Source of the DNA: a virus
Taxonomy: Duplodnaviria; Caudoviricetes
DNA length: 64,000 nt
IMG/VR virus record: IMGVR_UViG_3300020112_000191
Span: 30,234 to 94,233 of that record
Reading direction: 5' to 3' (one strand)
Shown: positions 55,738 to 64,000 of the stretch, in pieces
Layout: each line of letters opens with the position of its first letter
Position numbering within the stretch: position 1 is the stretch's first letter
Translations under genes and position numbers: made by a program
Notes under the pieces: model-generated
The model's database searches: none
What the model was told of the DNA's origin: nothing
What the model saw: the letters and a program-made list of their open reading frames with translations, nothing else

Positions 55738-56318
55738 TGCTGTACGTTTATGAATCGTTTATTTTCGGTGCAAATGTAAGGATTATTTTCCACAATATCA
55801 ACAACAGTTACTACTTTTTTCTTCTGGAATAATCTAAATAGCCAGAATTTTTTTGGCGGATTAACTGTCTCTTTATATGTATGGAAGATTGCTGTCATTT
55901 CGCTCTTTACACTGAGATCAACAGAAAGGCCACTAGGAGGCTTAATTCCAAGCTTTATTGTCGTATATGGCTTATATATAATCGTATCTAATTCAGCTAA
56001 AAATATAGGTTCTTTTACGACTATTGTATCATGTATCTCAGCCTTACTTTCTACATATACAACCTCTGTAACTTTGCGAGTTTTAACGCCAGCTTCCTTG
56101 ATCGTCTCCAGAATCTTCTGATTGAGAGAATCATTTGAATATTTAAGCTCATCAATAGTAAGCGTTAATTCACGTCTGCTATCTTCAGAAGCTCTGTAAT
56201 TCATTGTCTGTCTTGCTACCTCTTCGTTTAGTGTAGAAATGCGGCCCATCGCATAGTACAATGAGCCGCACAATCCTACAACTAAAAGAATCAGTGCGAT
56301 AAGCACTTTATTCTTCAT
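55734..56318 (-). CDS. Spanin/Rz-like membrane-anchored coiled-coil protein
   Basis: N-terminal TM helix, coiled coil, HDTIV and KKFWLFRLFQKK motifs seen in Bacteroidota phage lysis genes. Confidence 0.6.
   Translation of the reverse strand: MKNKVLIALILLVVGLCGSLYYAMGRISTLNEEVARQTMNYRASEDSRRELTLTIDELKYSNDSLNQKILETIKEAGVKTRKVTEVVYVESKAEIHDTIVVKEPIFLAELDTIIYKPYTTIKLGIKPPSGLSVDLSVKSEMTAIFHTYKETVNPPKKFWLFRLFQKKKVVTVVDIVENNPYICTENKRFINVQQ
55771..55801 (-). promoter_or_regulatory. Internal host-type promoter for the fibre operon
   Basis: TACATTTG(CACC) at 55778-55771 with TTG 20 nt upstream; 33 nt before ATG 55737. Confidence 0.6.
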
Positions 56319-56320
56319 AA

Positions 56321-58777
56321 TTATTTACTAGATGAAGAAGCGGGCTTGCTAGCCTTCTTCTTGTCGATTTCTAATTTCTTTTTATCGTTTTCGTTCTTGA
56401 TATTGAACTCACGCTTTTGTTCAGCGAGATCTTCTGCATGATGGCGATCGTCTTGCTTCATCTTAGCTACTTCCATAGTAAGCTACTCTCCATTATCGCC
56501 TTCTACTGGTTTATCTTCAGCTTGCTTCGCTGCGAGATTCTTATTGGCGATATCTTCCTGAACTCCAGCCTGGATCTCTGCTACACGAATCTTAGTTTCA
56601 TTATCACGCATATTGATCTTATCGGCAAACTCTTGCTGAGCCTTTATCTGTTCGAGCTGTATCTGAAGCTTCTTCTGCTCTGCCTCTTGTTCAGCCTGAG
56701 CTGCTTGCTGCTGCTGGGCCTTCATACGCTTTTCAGCGGCATCAACCATTCTCTGCTTCTCTGACAATGAGCTTGTTGAATAAAGCTTCAATATAGAACC
56801 CATATCAAGCATCTTGTTCTGCATAGCTGCCTGAGCAATCATGTCGATCTGCTGATTCAATCTCTGTGCGCCATCACCATTCTCAATGCAAATTCCGTAA
56901 TCACATTCACAGAACTGCTCTCCATCAATGTTGAATGTTTCCTTTGCACCATCATCAAGAATGTAATCGAACTTCTTCAAGCCGCCGCTTACTGCCTCTT
57001 TAGCAGTTTCGAGGAATACCATCAATGCTCTACGCTTAGTGTCATCATGAGTTTCAAAGAGCCATTTGGTGATCATTGCTGACTGCATTGTAGCTCTCTC
57101 TACGCCACCTACTGTTTCACGATTTTCAATGGATCCCTCACGCTGTTTAGAGATACCAGCTGCTGCTGACATTTCTGCATCGATCTGCTGGAGAATGCTT
57201 AAGTGCATATTTATACCAGCCGTCTGATCTGCATCTACAGCACCACTATTAGCTGTGTTTAGAGAGCCAGCGATTATTCCAGAGGCTTGACCAGTCTTTC
57301 CAACGTTGAATGGATTCTCTACAAGAACTTTTGACTTACGAGCAAAATGCAACCATTTTTCTACAGACCAATCGTCTGGCTTCTTAGACATATCGAGTCG
57401 AATCATTTTACCCCAAGATGTAGCAACAAGTTCATTGAGTCTGTAATGGATTACATCGTAGTAATAAGCGAATGGTTTTAAGCGATCTACCATTGAAAAA
57501 GGCTTACCTTCATTCAGGTTGTAAATTGTTCCAACGAATCCAAAATGGCAACGTGAAGGATTGTTAAGCGAATTATACTGAACTTTACATGGGCCAATAT
57601 TTACATAAATCTTTTCGCCAATCTTAGTGCCTTCCCAAGCTTCGTTAATCCAGATAAGCTTTTCTTCTTCACCCTTAGATTTATCAATCACATGGCTTTC
57701 TTCATAGTAATCGTAAGTCTCTTTGCCAGTTATCTCATCAAAATGCTTTACCATCTTGATTGGCTTTCTTGACTTCCAATATACCTTGAGAACTCTAAGG
57801 TTGCCAGCTTCATCAAATGGAGCCTGAAGATTGTAAGTAGCACCTTCAAATATTCCTCTTATCGTCTGATCTTCAAGACCAACTGCTGTACCTTCATCGC
57901 CAACAAATGCTGTGTTAATAAATTCGTTACGTGGCTCATATTCGCCCATTGTGCTAGTTCCAGTATTCATTGCTATAGGAAGATCCTCAATGTACTTAAG
58001 ATCCTCTGCAGTAAATTGCTCTCCATAGAGATCGCAAATCATACCTGGACTCATGTATTCCTCTGTAACAACAATATCAGCATCTTCAATATGGTTTGAA
58101 TAACCGCTTCTGAATATTGAAATGTGTTTTGGATTTACTCTACGAATAGTTGGCTCTCCATGATCAATATCACACTTGTAAATTTCTTCACCGACAGTAG
58201 TAGCATCCCTGAAGCCCTCTGTAAACATAGGCTTCATATTAAGCTCTTTGTAATAATGGTTCAGCAAGAAATTTGCATTGCGTTCACGAATGTCCTGATA
58301 TTCGTAAGTAAAGTAATTATTTATAGCATCAAGTTCCGCATCGTCTTGGCTCTGCGTCTGCTCTTGATTGCCCTGAAGATACTGCTGTAATCTATCGAGA
58401 ATAGCAGCCTTCTTCGTCTTCTCCATTTCGGAGATGGCCGTAGGATTAGTAACTACTACTCGATGTTCAAAGATTCTTGATTCCTCTTCACCATATAGCA
58501 AATCGAGCTTCGAGTTGATAATTGGATAATGAGGTATCTTCTTTGGAATCTGACTACCCTGGTGAGCATCGGCTTCCATCCAAGCTTTGAGATCATCCAT
58601 GTGGATCTTGCCATCCACCAAGTCGTAGTTGATAATCTTGTGCCGAATTGATTTTCTGACTGGCTCGTAGTGCCAATAGCTCTTTGAGTCAGCCCAATCT
58701 ACACATTGCTTTCTCCACTTTTCGTCTTTCTTGGAATAAGCAATCTGCTGTTTAGGAAAATTAACAAACTCTGGCAT
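56321..58777 (-). CDS. Portal protein (764 aa to TAG at 56483-56485; 818 aa if that TAG is read through)
   Basis: FPKQQI, HYPIINSKLDLLYGEE, WINEAWEGTKIG, SMVDRLKP and GISKQREG...ETVGGVERA crAss portal motifs; follows terL; frame stays open 53 codons past the TAG. Confidence 0.9.
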
Positions 58778-58803
58778 ATATTATATGTTTTATTTTCTGG
58801 GTG

Positions 58804-58811
58804 CAAATATA
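58804..58811 (-). promoter_or_regulatory. Host-type -7 element upstream of portal
   Basis: TATATTTG(CACCC), identical to the 36370 element, in the terL-portal gap. Confidence 0.7.
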
Positions 58812-58816
58812 ATAAA

Positions 58817-61800
58817 TTAAAATGAGAAATCCATAGGGTTGAAATTATCTCCATCAATTTCGTCATCAAATTTGTTGAAGAACGGATCATCCATGCGTTC
58901 GTCACGAACTTTACGCACTTCATCCATTGATGGATCTCCACCATAAGCAATCATTCTGTCTTCTCTAAGGAGCATAAGCATGCCCATAGAAGATATTCGG
59001 TCAAAGTTGCCTTCAGAGTTGTACACTGCACACTCTTGAAGCAATGCTCTGTTACGAATTAAGAATAGATTACGAGTAGTTTCCTCACGCTCAGTACCAT
59101 CGTCATTTTGACGAATCACAGTTACTGGTTTTAAGAGCCAATCACGAAGTAAATGTCTAGCCCAGTCGTTAACTCCAGGAGTTGCCACAGTACCCTTAGC
59201 GCAGTTACCTATTGTGTTGCCCTTGAACATTTGCTTGTCCCTCAAACACTGCAATGAATCAGTAAGCAAATATGTAGAAGACATCTGCGAGAAATAGGTA
59301 AATAAGCCCTTCTTGTTGTTTTCGTAGTTACATCGAGCATTATAATACAAGCACAATCTGCGGCAGATCTCATAGAAATCATTAGCGAAATCTGGTCGAC
59401 CAGTATACTCAGCTACAATTTTATCTGTCCAGAGATCCAGAATGAATATAGAGCCTAATGACATTGATTCAGCCTGGTCGTTATCGTAAGGGTCGACACC
59501 AGCAATATATCTATTGTCAAATGGCTTTTTAGTTCTTTCGTTGATCTCAGGCTGAGCAAATATCTCTATTGCACCTTTGACTTTGTTATCCTTAGTTGGA
59601 AATATATGTATAGGCTGATCATTAGTTGGTCTAAAACCGATTTCTCCATTCTTCTCAATTATAAGATCGCCTACAAGAACGTCATCGTATTCTCCAGCGT
59701 TATTATCGAGCTGAGCAATTCTGTTACCACAATCTACAGAAGGGAACATATTGTAAGCCATCGAGATGATTGCCTCTGAAGGAACTATTGGATTTTCGGC
59801 CATACGCTTGATGATCTTGTCTGGGTCATTAGAATTGTATTTAGCCTGGAATCTTTCAAGTAATATTTTCTTAAGAGCCAATGTAACATCGCTATTGCCA
59901 TCTTCATCCATACAGCCAGTACGACTCATGTAAGCTGGAAAGAAATACACGAATTTCTTTTTGCCAGTACCAATTTTGTCGTAGACATTAGGCAAGCCAT
60001 ACATCATTGAACCTTCTGGATGATACATAATATCTGAAGCACCAGCAAAGTCCGAAGCGTTATCACCAGCAGTACCAACCATTATTATCTGGCCGAATAC
60101 TGCGTCACCATCCTTTACTGAAGGAATTGTATTCTCGAATACTTTACTCAAATTAGGGAACGAACCAAATTCCTCGAAGAATATATGAGCTGCACGTTTA
60201 CCACGAGCCTTACCAACTTTATCTGCAATCGTTACACCAACAATAGTATTCTGTGTACCACGAATAATGCCATTCTCTTTATCTCTGTAGCCCATTACCC
60301 AGATCATATCGTCTGGACGCTCTGTAAGTCTTAGAGAAGGCCAATGCATCTTATCTGCGCACCAGTCAATTGTCTTCTGGAACTTATTCAAGCAGCCGTC
60401 CTTACCTTGAAGGTATTCCTTTGAATAAGCCATATTTACGCCCATTACGCCTCCTTCTTTTGTCTCTTCGTTTTCTCCGAGAATGAAATCATGAGCCAAC
60501 ATAGATGACATCGTATAGCTATTGTGAGTTACTATTTGATCTGCGGCAACGAAACAATGCGACTTATTATCAACTGTCACACATTTAGCACCAGTATATC
60601 CAAGGAACTCTATGTTAGTTATTGCTGTCCATTTAGAACGATTGCTCTTATTATAGATAACCTTGCTGTATTTTCTCTCAAGGTTAAATAAACGCTCTTC
60701 TGCAAATATTGTAATATCGTAGCTATCTAAACACTTTACGACTTCTCCATTTTTCTTGTATGAAGATTTATGTTTAGATACATTACAATTAAATCCAAGA
60801 GTTCTGACTATTGTTACAACAGAATCCTTAAGAGCTTCAGATGTAGTAGTAAAGCACATATTGCCTTTTGAAACAATTCCATCTGAATCCATCAAGCCTC
60901 TTAATACATTAAGTCTTACTTCCTTGCTGTTATAGATATATTCATCTGGAATGTATTTATCTTCAGATTTTAAACTCCAGAGATCACCAAATAAATCGCA
61001 ATCTATAGATAAGCTGTATGTGTAATTATCATTACTTACCTTATGGAATTCGTAAGGAATAAATTTTCTGTATGTGTCAATATCGTCCTTATGTGCGGTA
61101 AAATTTACGTGCTTAGATTTCTTTTTCCTGAAGCATCCATCACCAACAAGAAATCCCAGTGTATATGGATCTATTGGCGTATTCTTATACTCGAACTCAA
61201 GACACTTACAAACTGGAATTCTATATTGATATTCTCGACCATTAGTGCGTTTAGAAGTTTTAGTCCTCTTCATTACTTCTTTGCCAATCATTTGAGATAA
61301 TGGAATTGTTACAATCTTATTATTTCTGTAATGATCTTTAACAGTAAATAAGTGATCTTCACTAGCCAATATCTCTCTGCCATCCTGAAGAGTGACTGTA
61401 TAAACTCCGCAATGAGGATCATCATACGGAATATCTATAACTTTAGTTGGCTTTCCATCGTCACCAAACAAATAGTCACCCTTCTTTATTTGACACCAGA
61501 ATTTCCAACCATCTGGAGTTAATACTGATTCGTCATAACTGAGTGCTTTTGAAGCACCACGCTTTGCTAATACTGCACAGAAATTACCGCCTTCCCAATT
61601 GTTATAGATGCCACCGAAACGAGCTTGTTCGTAATAATGAAACATGTAGTAAACGCCTTCCCAGAACTTAGGGAAATCCTCTACACGACTAGCTTTCTTT
61701 GGATTCTTTGGATCAAACTTAGACAACTCAATACGAGCGTAATTCAAGTAGTAATAGCAATAACCAGTGATCCATTCTCCATCTGACTCTCTTACGTAGC

Positions 61801-62149
61801 CATTCCAGCATCTGCGAGTCTCTTCACGTATCCATCTGCCGAACTCTGAATTCTTATTTGGATTTGGCTTCAAGAACGTATAACAGCCATACTTGCGATA
61901 ATGATTCGCAGCTGGCGTAAAATAGTCCATATTTTCGAGAATATGAGGATTAACTATATCCACGATTATACGGCCTTTATCGTCTCTCTCAATGTCACAA
62001 GCTCTCTTTCTGGATGTTGATACCATCGTCTGTATCATCGGAACCTGGTTAAAGAATTCCCAGAACTGCTGAATACATTCTTCTGGCATATCTGAGAAGA
62101 ACTTATCGTCAAGAGGCGTTTGATATTTATTTAATATTGGATAATCCAT
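58817..62149 (-). CDS. terL: Terminase large subunit (intein-containing; about 768 aa after splicing)
   Basis: Walker A AKRGASK^S split by the intein; ARGKRA.HIFFEEFG Walker B; MVGTAG; nuclease motifs YIAGVDPYD and NFDRISS. Confidence 0.93.
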   Translation of the reverse strand: MDYPILNKYQTPLDDKFFSDMPEECIQQFWEFFNQVPMIQTMVSTSRKRACDIERDDKGRIIVDIVNPHILENMDYFTPAANHYRKYGCYTFLKPNPNKNSEFGRWIREETRRCWNGYVRESDGEWITGYCYYYLNYARIELSKFDPKNPKKASRVEDFPKFWEGVYYMFHYYEQARFGGIYNNWEGGNFCAVLAKRGASKALSYDESVLTPDGWKFWCQIKKGDYLFGDDGKPTKVIDIPYDDPHCGVYTVTLQDGREILASEDHLFTVKDHYRNNKIVTIPLSQMIGKEVMKRTKTSKRTNGREYQYRIPVCKCLEFEYKNTPIDPYTLGFLVGDGCFRKKKSKHVNFTAHKDDIDTYRKFIPYEFHKVSNDNYTYSLSIDCDLFGDLWSLKSEDKYIPDEYIYNSKEVRLNVLRGLMDSDGIVSKGNMCFTTTSEALKDSVVTIVRTLGFNCNVSKHKSSYKKNGEVVKCLDSYDITIFAEERLFNLERKYSKVIYNKSNRSKWTAITNIEFLGYTGAKCVTVDNKSHCFVAADQIVTHNSYTMSSMLAHDFILGENEETKEGGVMGVNMAYSKEYLQGKDGCLNKFQKTIDWCADKMHWPSLRLTERPDDMIWVMGYRDKENGIIRGTQNTIVGVTIADKVGKARGKRAAHIFFEEFGSFPNLSKVFENTIPSVKDGDAVFGQIIMVGTAGDNASDFAGASDIMYHPEGSMMYGLPNVYDKIGTGKKKFVYFFPAYMSRTGCMDEDGNSDVTLALKKILLERFQAKYNSNDPDKIIKRMAENPIVPSEAIISMAYNMFPSVDCGNRIAQLDNNAGEYDDVLVGDLIIEKNGEIGFRPTNDQPIHIFPTKDNKVKGAIEIFAQPEINERTKKPFDNRYIAGVDPYDNDQAESMSLGSIFILDLWTDKIVAEYTGRPDFANDFYEICRRLCLYYNARCNYENNKKGLFTYFSQMSSTYLLTDSLQCLRDKQMFKGNTIGNCAKGTVATPGVNDWARHLLRDWLLKPVTVIRQNDDGTEREETTRNLFLIRNRALLQECAVYNSEGNFDRISSMGMLMLLREDRMIAYGGDPSMDEVRKVRDERMDDPFFNKFDDEIDGDNFNPMDFSF
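60521..61546 (-). mobile_element. Intein (342 aa) with LAGLIDADG homing endonuclease, class-3-like
   Basis: Starts ALSYDESVLTPDG, block B ASEDHLF, LAGLIDADG motifs LGFLVGDG and LRGLMDSDG, block F AKCVTVD, ends VTHN followed by Ser(+1). Confidence 0.92.
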
Positions 62150-62151
62150 AA

Positions 62152-62409
62152 TTATAAATTCGTTGGAAGAATATAAGCTCTATCTGGATCAGTTACAAAT
62201 GGAACTCTAGGCTCTGTAAATCCAAATCTAGCTAAATTGTTGTATCTCATAAAATACTGAATAATCTCTTCTTCTCTCTGTTTCTTTGCATCATAGCCGA
62301 GTAAAGGCTCTGCAGAGATATTATTTACTTCAAATTTCCATACTCACTTGAGAGCATTATACTTTAATGGGCTTTCTTCGATATCCTTTACAACCAATAT
62401 ATTCTTCAT
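62152..62409 (-). CDS. 85-codon gene with one in-frame TGA (readthrough candidate or pseudogene)
   Basis: MKNILVVKDIEESPLKYNALK*VWKFEVNNISAEPLLGYDAKKQREEEIIQYFMRYNNLARFGFTEPRVPFVTDPDRAYILPTNL; fills the gap from 10 nt after the upstream stop to the TAATTATG junction with terL. Confidence 0.7.
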
Positions 62410-62419
62410 AGTTCTAATA

Positions 62420-62962
62420 TTAAAAATCACTAAATCCGTCTTCGAGAATCTTCTTCTCTGCAGAACCTCTAGCCTTACCGCCAACTTGTTGCATATCGGT
62501 ATTAACAGCTTTCTCTGCTTCTGCAATAGACTTAGTTACTTGTGGTAGCTCCTTAAGGATCTTAAGAGCGTTCATCGTATTATCAAGCTCAAGATCTGAA
62601 TCAAGATCCAGGTTATCCATCTTGCGCTGTATCTTAGAAGCAAGTCCTTTGGCTGATTCGAGAAGCCTTACTGAAGCTGGTTTAAAGCCAATGTAGAAAT
62701 CAATGGCATCCTGAACTTCCTTAGTAATCTTAAACTTCTTCTTCTCTCCAAGAATCTGCTTAGAAATTTCATCAAGTCGTTCCTCTTGATCTTCTATAAT
62801 CATAAAATCAGAACGAGGATCACAATAAAAATAGATAAAATCGAGGTACTGCTTAGCTTCCTCTTTATCTTTGAATTTATCCCAGATAGCCTTAAACGGC
62901 TTTAGTAATAGTGCCTCTGGATCCACCACTACATTATAGCCTTCATATTTGAATAGTTTCAT
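62420..62962 (-). CDS. Conserved crAss protein upstream of terL (small terminase candidate)
   Basis: 180 aa; MKLFKY, FIYFYCDPRSDF, helical C-terminus with ARGS..K..LED; position. Confidence 0.6.
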   Translation of the reverse strand: MKLFKYEGYNVVVDPEALLLKPFKAIWDKFKDKEEAKQYLDFIYFYCDPRSDFMIIEDQEERLDEISKQILGEKKKFKITKEVQDAIDFYIGFKPASVRLLESAKGLASKIQRKMDNLDLDSDLELDNTMNALKILKELPQVTKSIAEAEKAVNTDMQQVGGKARGSAEKKILEDGFSDF

Positions 62963-62985
62963 AGTCTAATAAATTTTTGCAAATG

Positions 62986-63017
62986 CAAAAATAATAAACC
63001 CCACCCAAGTTTCCAAG
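62986..63017 (-). promoter_or_regulatory. Host-type promoter for the packaging operon (CTTG-N20-TATTTTTG)
   Basis: -7 at 62993-62986; TTG at the loop of the overlapping hairpin. Confidence 0.65.
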
Positions 63018-63030
63018 GATGAGGTTTATT
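62993..63030 (-). terminator. Probable intrinsic terminator
   Basis: Minus strand AATAAACCTCATCC-loop-GGGTGGGGTTTATT followed by ATTTTT; the G-U pairs work only on the minus strand. Confidence 0.65.
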
Positions 63031-63041
63031 TTTAACAAAAA

Positions 63042-63671
63042 TTATCGTTTGAATTTAAGGGATAATGTAACATCTTCATTTTTGTGTTCGAGCATGAAAT
63101 CATCTTCGTATTCACCTTTATAAGTAAAATAAGCACGAAGCTTCTTTTTTGATTCTCCAATAAACCTTACATAGGTAAGCTTAAATTCGCGTCTCATCAT
63201 GCAAGCAATACTTGATGTGTCCAACCCTACGTAGTAAACCCAAAATGCACCATAGCCATGTTGCCCTATACAAGTTGAACTCGGCTTCCAGTCGTATAGC
63301 TTAATATCTGCTGTGATTGCATTATCTAATTCAAGATCTACAGAAAATTCCATTTTATTTTCCCAATCTTGAAAATCTACAAAATGTCCTGTACGATAAA
63401 TTATATCAATGTTTCCAAAGTATTCGCTTTGAGAACATCCATCAGAAGGGCCATGCCATTTCTTTTTGTGCAATGTATATTCGTAAGTGGCATAATACTG
63501 GGTAAACTCAGAATCATATCTGAGTTTACGAACCAGTATTTTATCACCTTCGTTATAGCCCTTATAGCTTGGATAATCCGTATGTACGAGTACTTTAGAT
63601 TTTGCTGGAGTTGTTCTGTCTTTTGGTTCTTCAAGACACTCCATTACGTACTTAACTTTTCTTCCAGCCAT
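63042..63671 (-). CDS. Hypothetical protein
   Basis: 209 aa ORF, aromatic- and beta-rich; no recognisable motif. Confidence 0.65.
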   Translation of the reverse strand: MAGRKVKYVMECLEEPKDRTTPAKSKVLVHTDYPSYKGYNEGDKILVRKLRYDSEFTQYYATYEYTLHKKKWHGPSDGCSQSEYFGNIDIIYRTGHFVDFQDWENKMEFSVDLELDNAITADIKLYDWKPSSTCIGQHGYGAFWVYYVGLDTSSIACMMRREFKLTYVRFIGESKKKLRAYFTYKGEYEDDFMLEHKNEDVTLSLKFKR

Positions 63672-63682
63672 AGTATCTAGTT

Positions 63683-64000
63683 TTATGCAGTTCTAATCCA
63701 AGCTGTAACGTTTTTACCCTTAATTTCGACGTTATAGCCAGAGTGTACCTTATCGTTCTTATAAGCGAGATCTGCACCATACTCAGTAGACTTAGAGGCA
63801 TCAAAACCAATGCGGTTAAAGTTCTCGACTTCGCCGTTCTTCCAACCAGGAGCATTAAGTTGCTCGTACTTATAGAGAGCTGACCCTTCGTAGAAATCTT
63901 CACCACGCCAGTTAGAAACTCTACCGAATTTACCAGTGATATTAGGCAAACGATCTTCCATCTCTTCTCCATCTGGCAAGCTTGAATCACAACAGAGATA
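63683..64000 (-). CDS. C-terminus of a tail-fibre/collar-like protein (truncated by window edge)
   Basis: Frame open to nt 64000; EDRLPNITGKF...GFDASKS...KNVTAWIRTA resembles fibre tip domains. Confidence 0.6.
   Translation of the reverse strand, partial: YLCCDSSLPDGEEMEDRLPNITGKFGRVSNWRGEDFYEGSALYKYEQLNAPGWKNGEVENFNRIGFDASKSTEYGADLAYKNDKVHSGYNVEIKGKNVTAWIRTA

Noticed and set aside
62300-62346. Selenocysteine insertion at the in-frame TGA
   Set aside because: No evident SECIS-like hairpin just 3' of the TGA and no redox motif context.
62344-62526. 60 aa ORF as called in the track
   Set aside because: Its first 39 codons overlap the upstream gene out of frame. The credible start is ATG 62409, and the frame continues past the TGA.
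472-63990. Numerous 60-150 aa antisense or alternate-frame ORFs in the track (e.g. 21911-22285, 31123-31533, 53784-54245, 56417-56764)
   Set aside because: They lie within long motif-bearing genes, mostly on the opposite strand, have shadow-like composition and lack initiation signals.
1-64000. Genome-wide alternative genetic code (TAG=Gln or TGA=Trp throughout)
   Set aside because: Multi-kilobase genes are uninterrupted under code 11 and use CAG/CAA and TGG normally. Only two internal stops were found, so at most site-limited readthrough is supported.
1-64000. tRNA genes (including suppressors), CRISPR arrays, group I/II introns
   Set aside because: Intergenic gaps are short and explained by promoters, terminators or small ORFs. 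No cloverleaf, repeat-spacer array or intron-split gene was detected by eye.

Overview
This 64 kb window is part of a crAss-like (Crassvirales) phage genome infecting a Bacteroidota host. It has three blocks. (1) 1-5.5 kb, + strand: the end of a replication/metabolism module with an SF4/DnaB-like helicase, a DUF3310-like protein, an orphan HicA-like RNase, a glutaredoxin, ThyX and a retropepsin-like protease. (2) 5.6-17.4 kb, + strand: a single-chain virion RNA polymerase (GSDFDID motif) and a second giant virion protein, converging head-on with block 3. (3) 17.5-64 kb, - strand: the late module. Read in transcription order (right to left) it holds TerL with an Ala-start LAGLIDADG intein, portal, a spanin-like gene, fibres, holin-like genes, scaffold, major capsid, rings, auxiliary capsid, hubs, muzzle and ejected cargo proteins. 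About 12 host-type TAnnTTTG promoters and several intrinsic terminators are visible, and in four cases the promoter -33 element sits in the loop of the upstream terminator. The most notable signal is apparent stop-codon readthrough confined to the DNA-packaging module. The portal has one in-frame TAG with 53 further sense codons, and the small gene abutting terL has one in-frame TGA. Most other TAG/TGA stops are backed by a nearby TAA. Structural names rest on motifs and recalled crAss-like gene order; no database searches were run. No tRNA, rRNA, CRISPR array or reverse transcriptase was seen.
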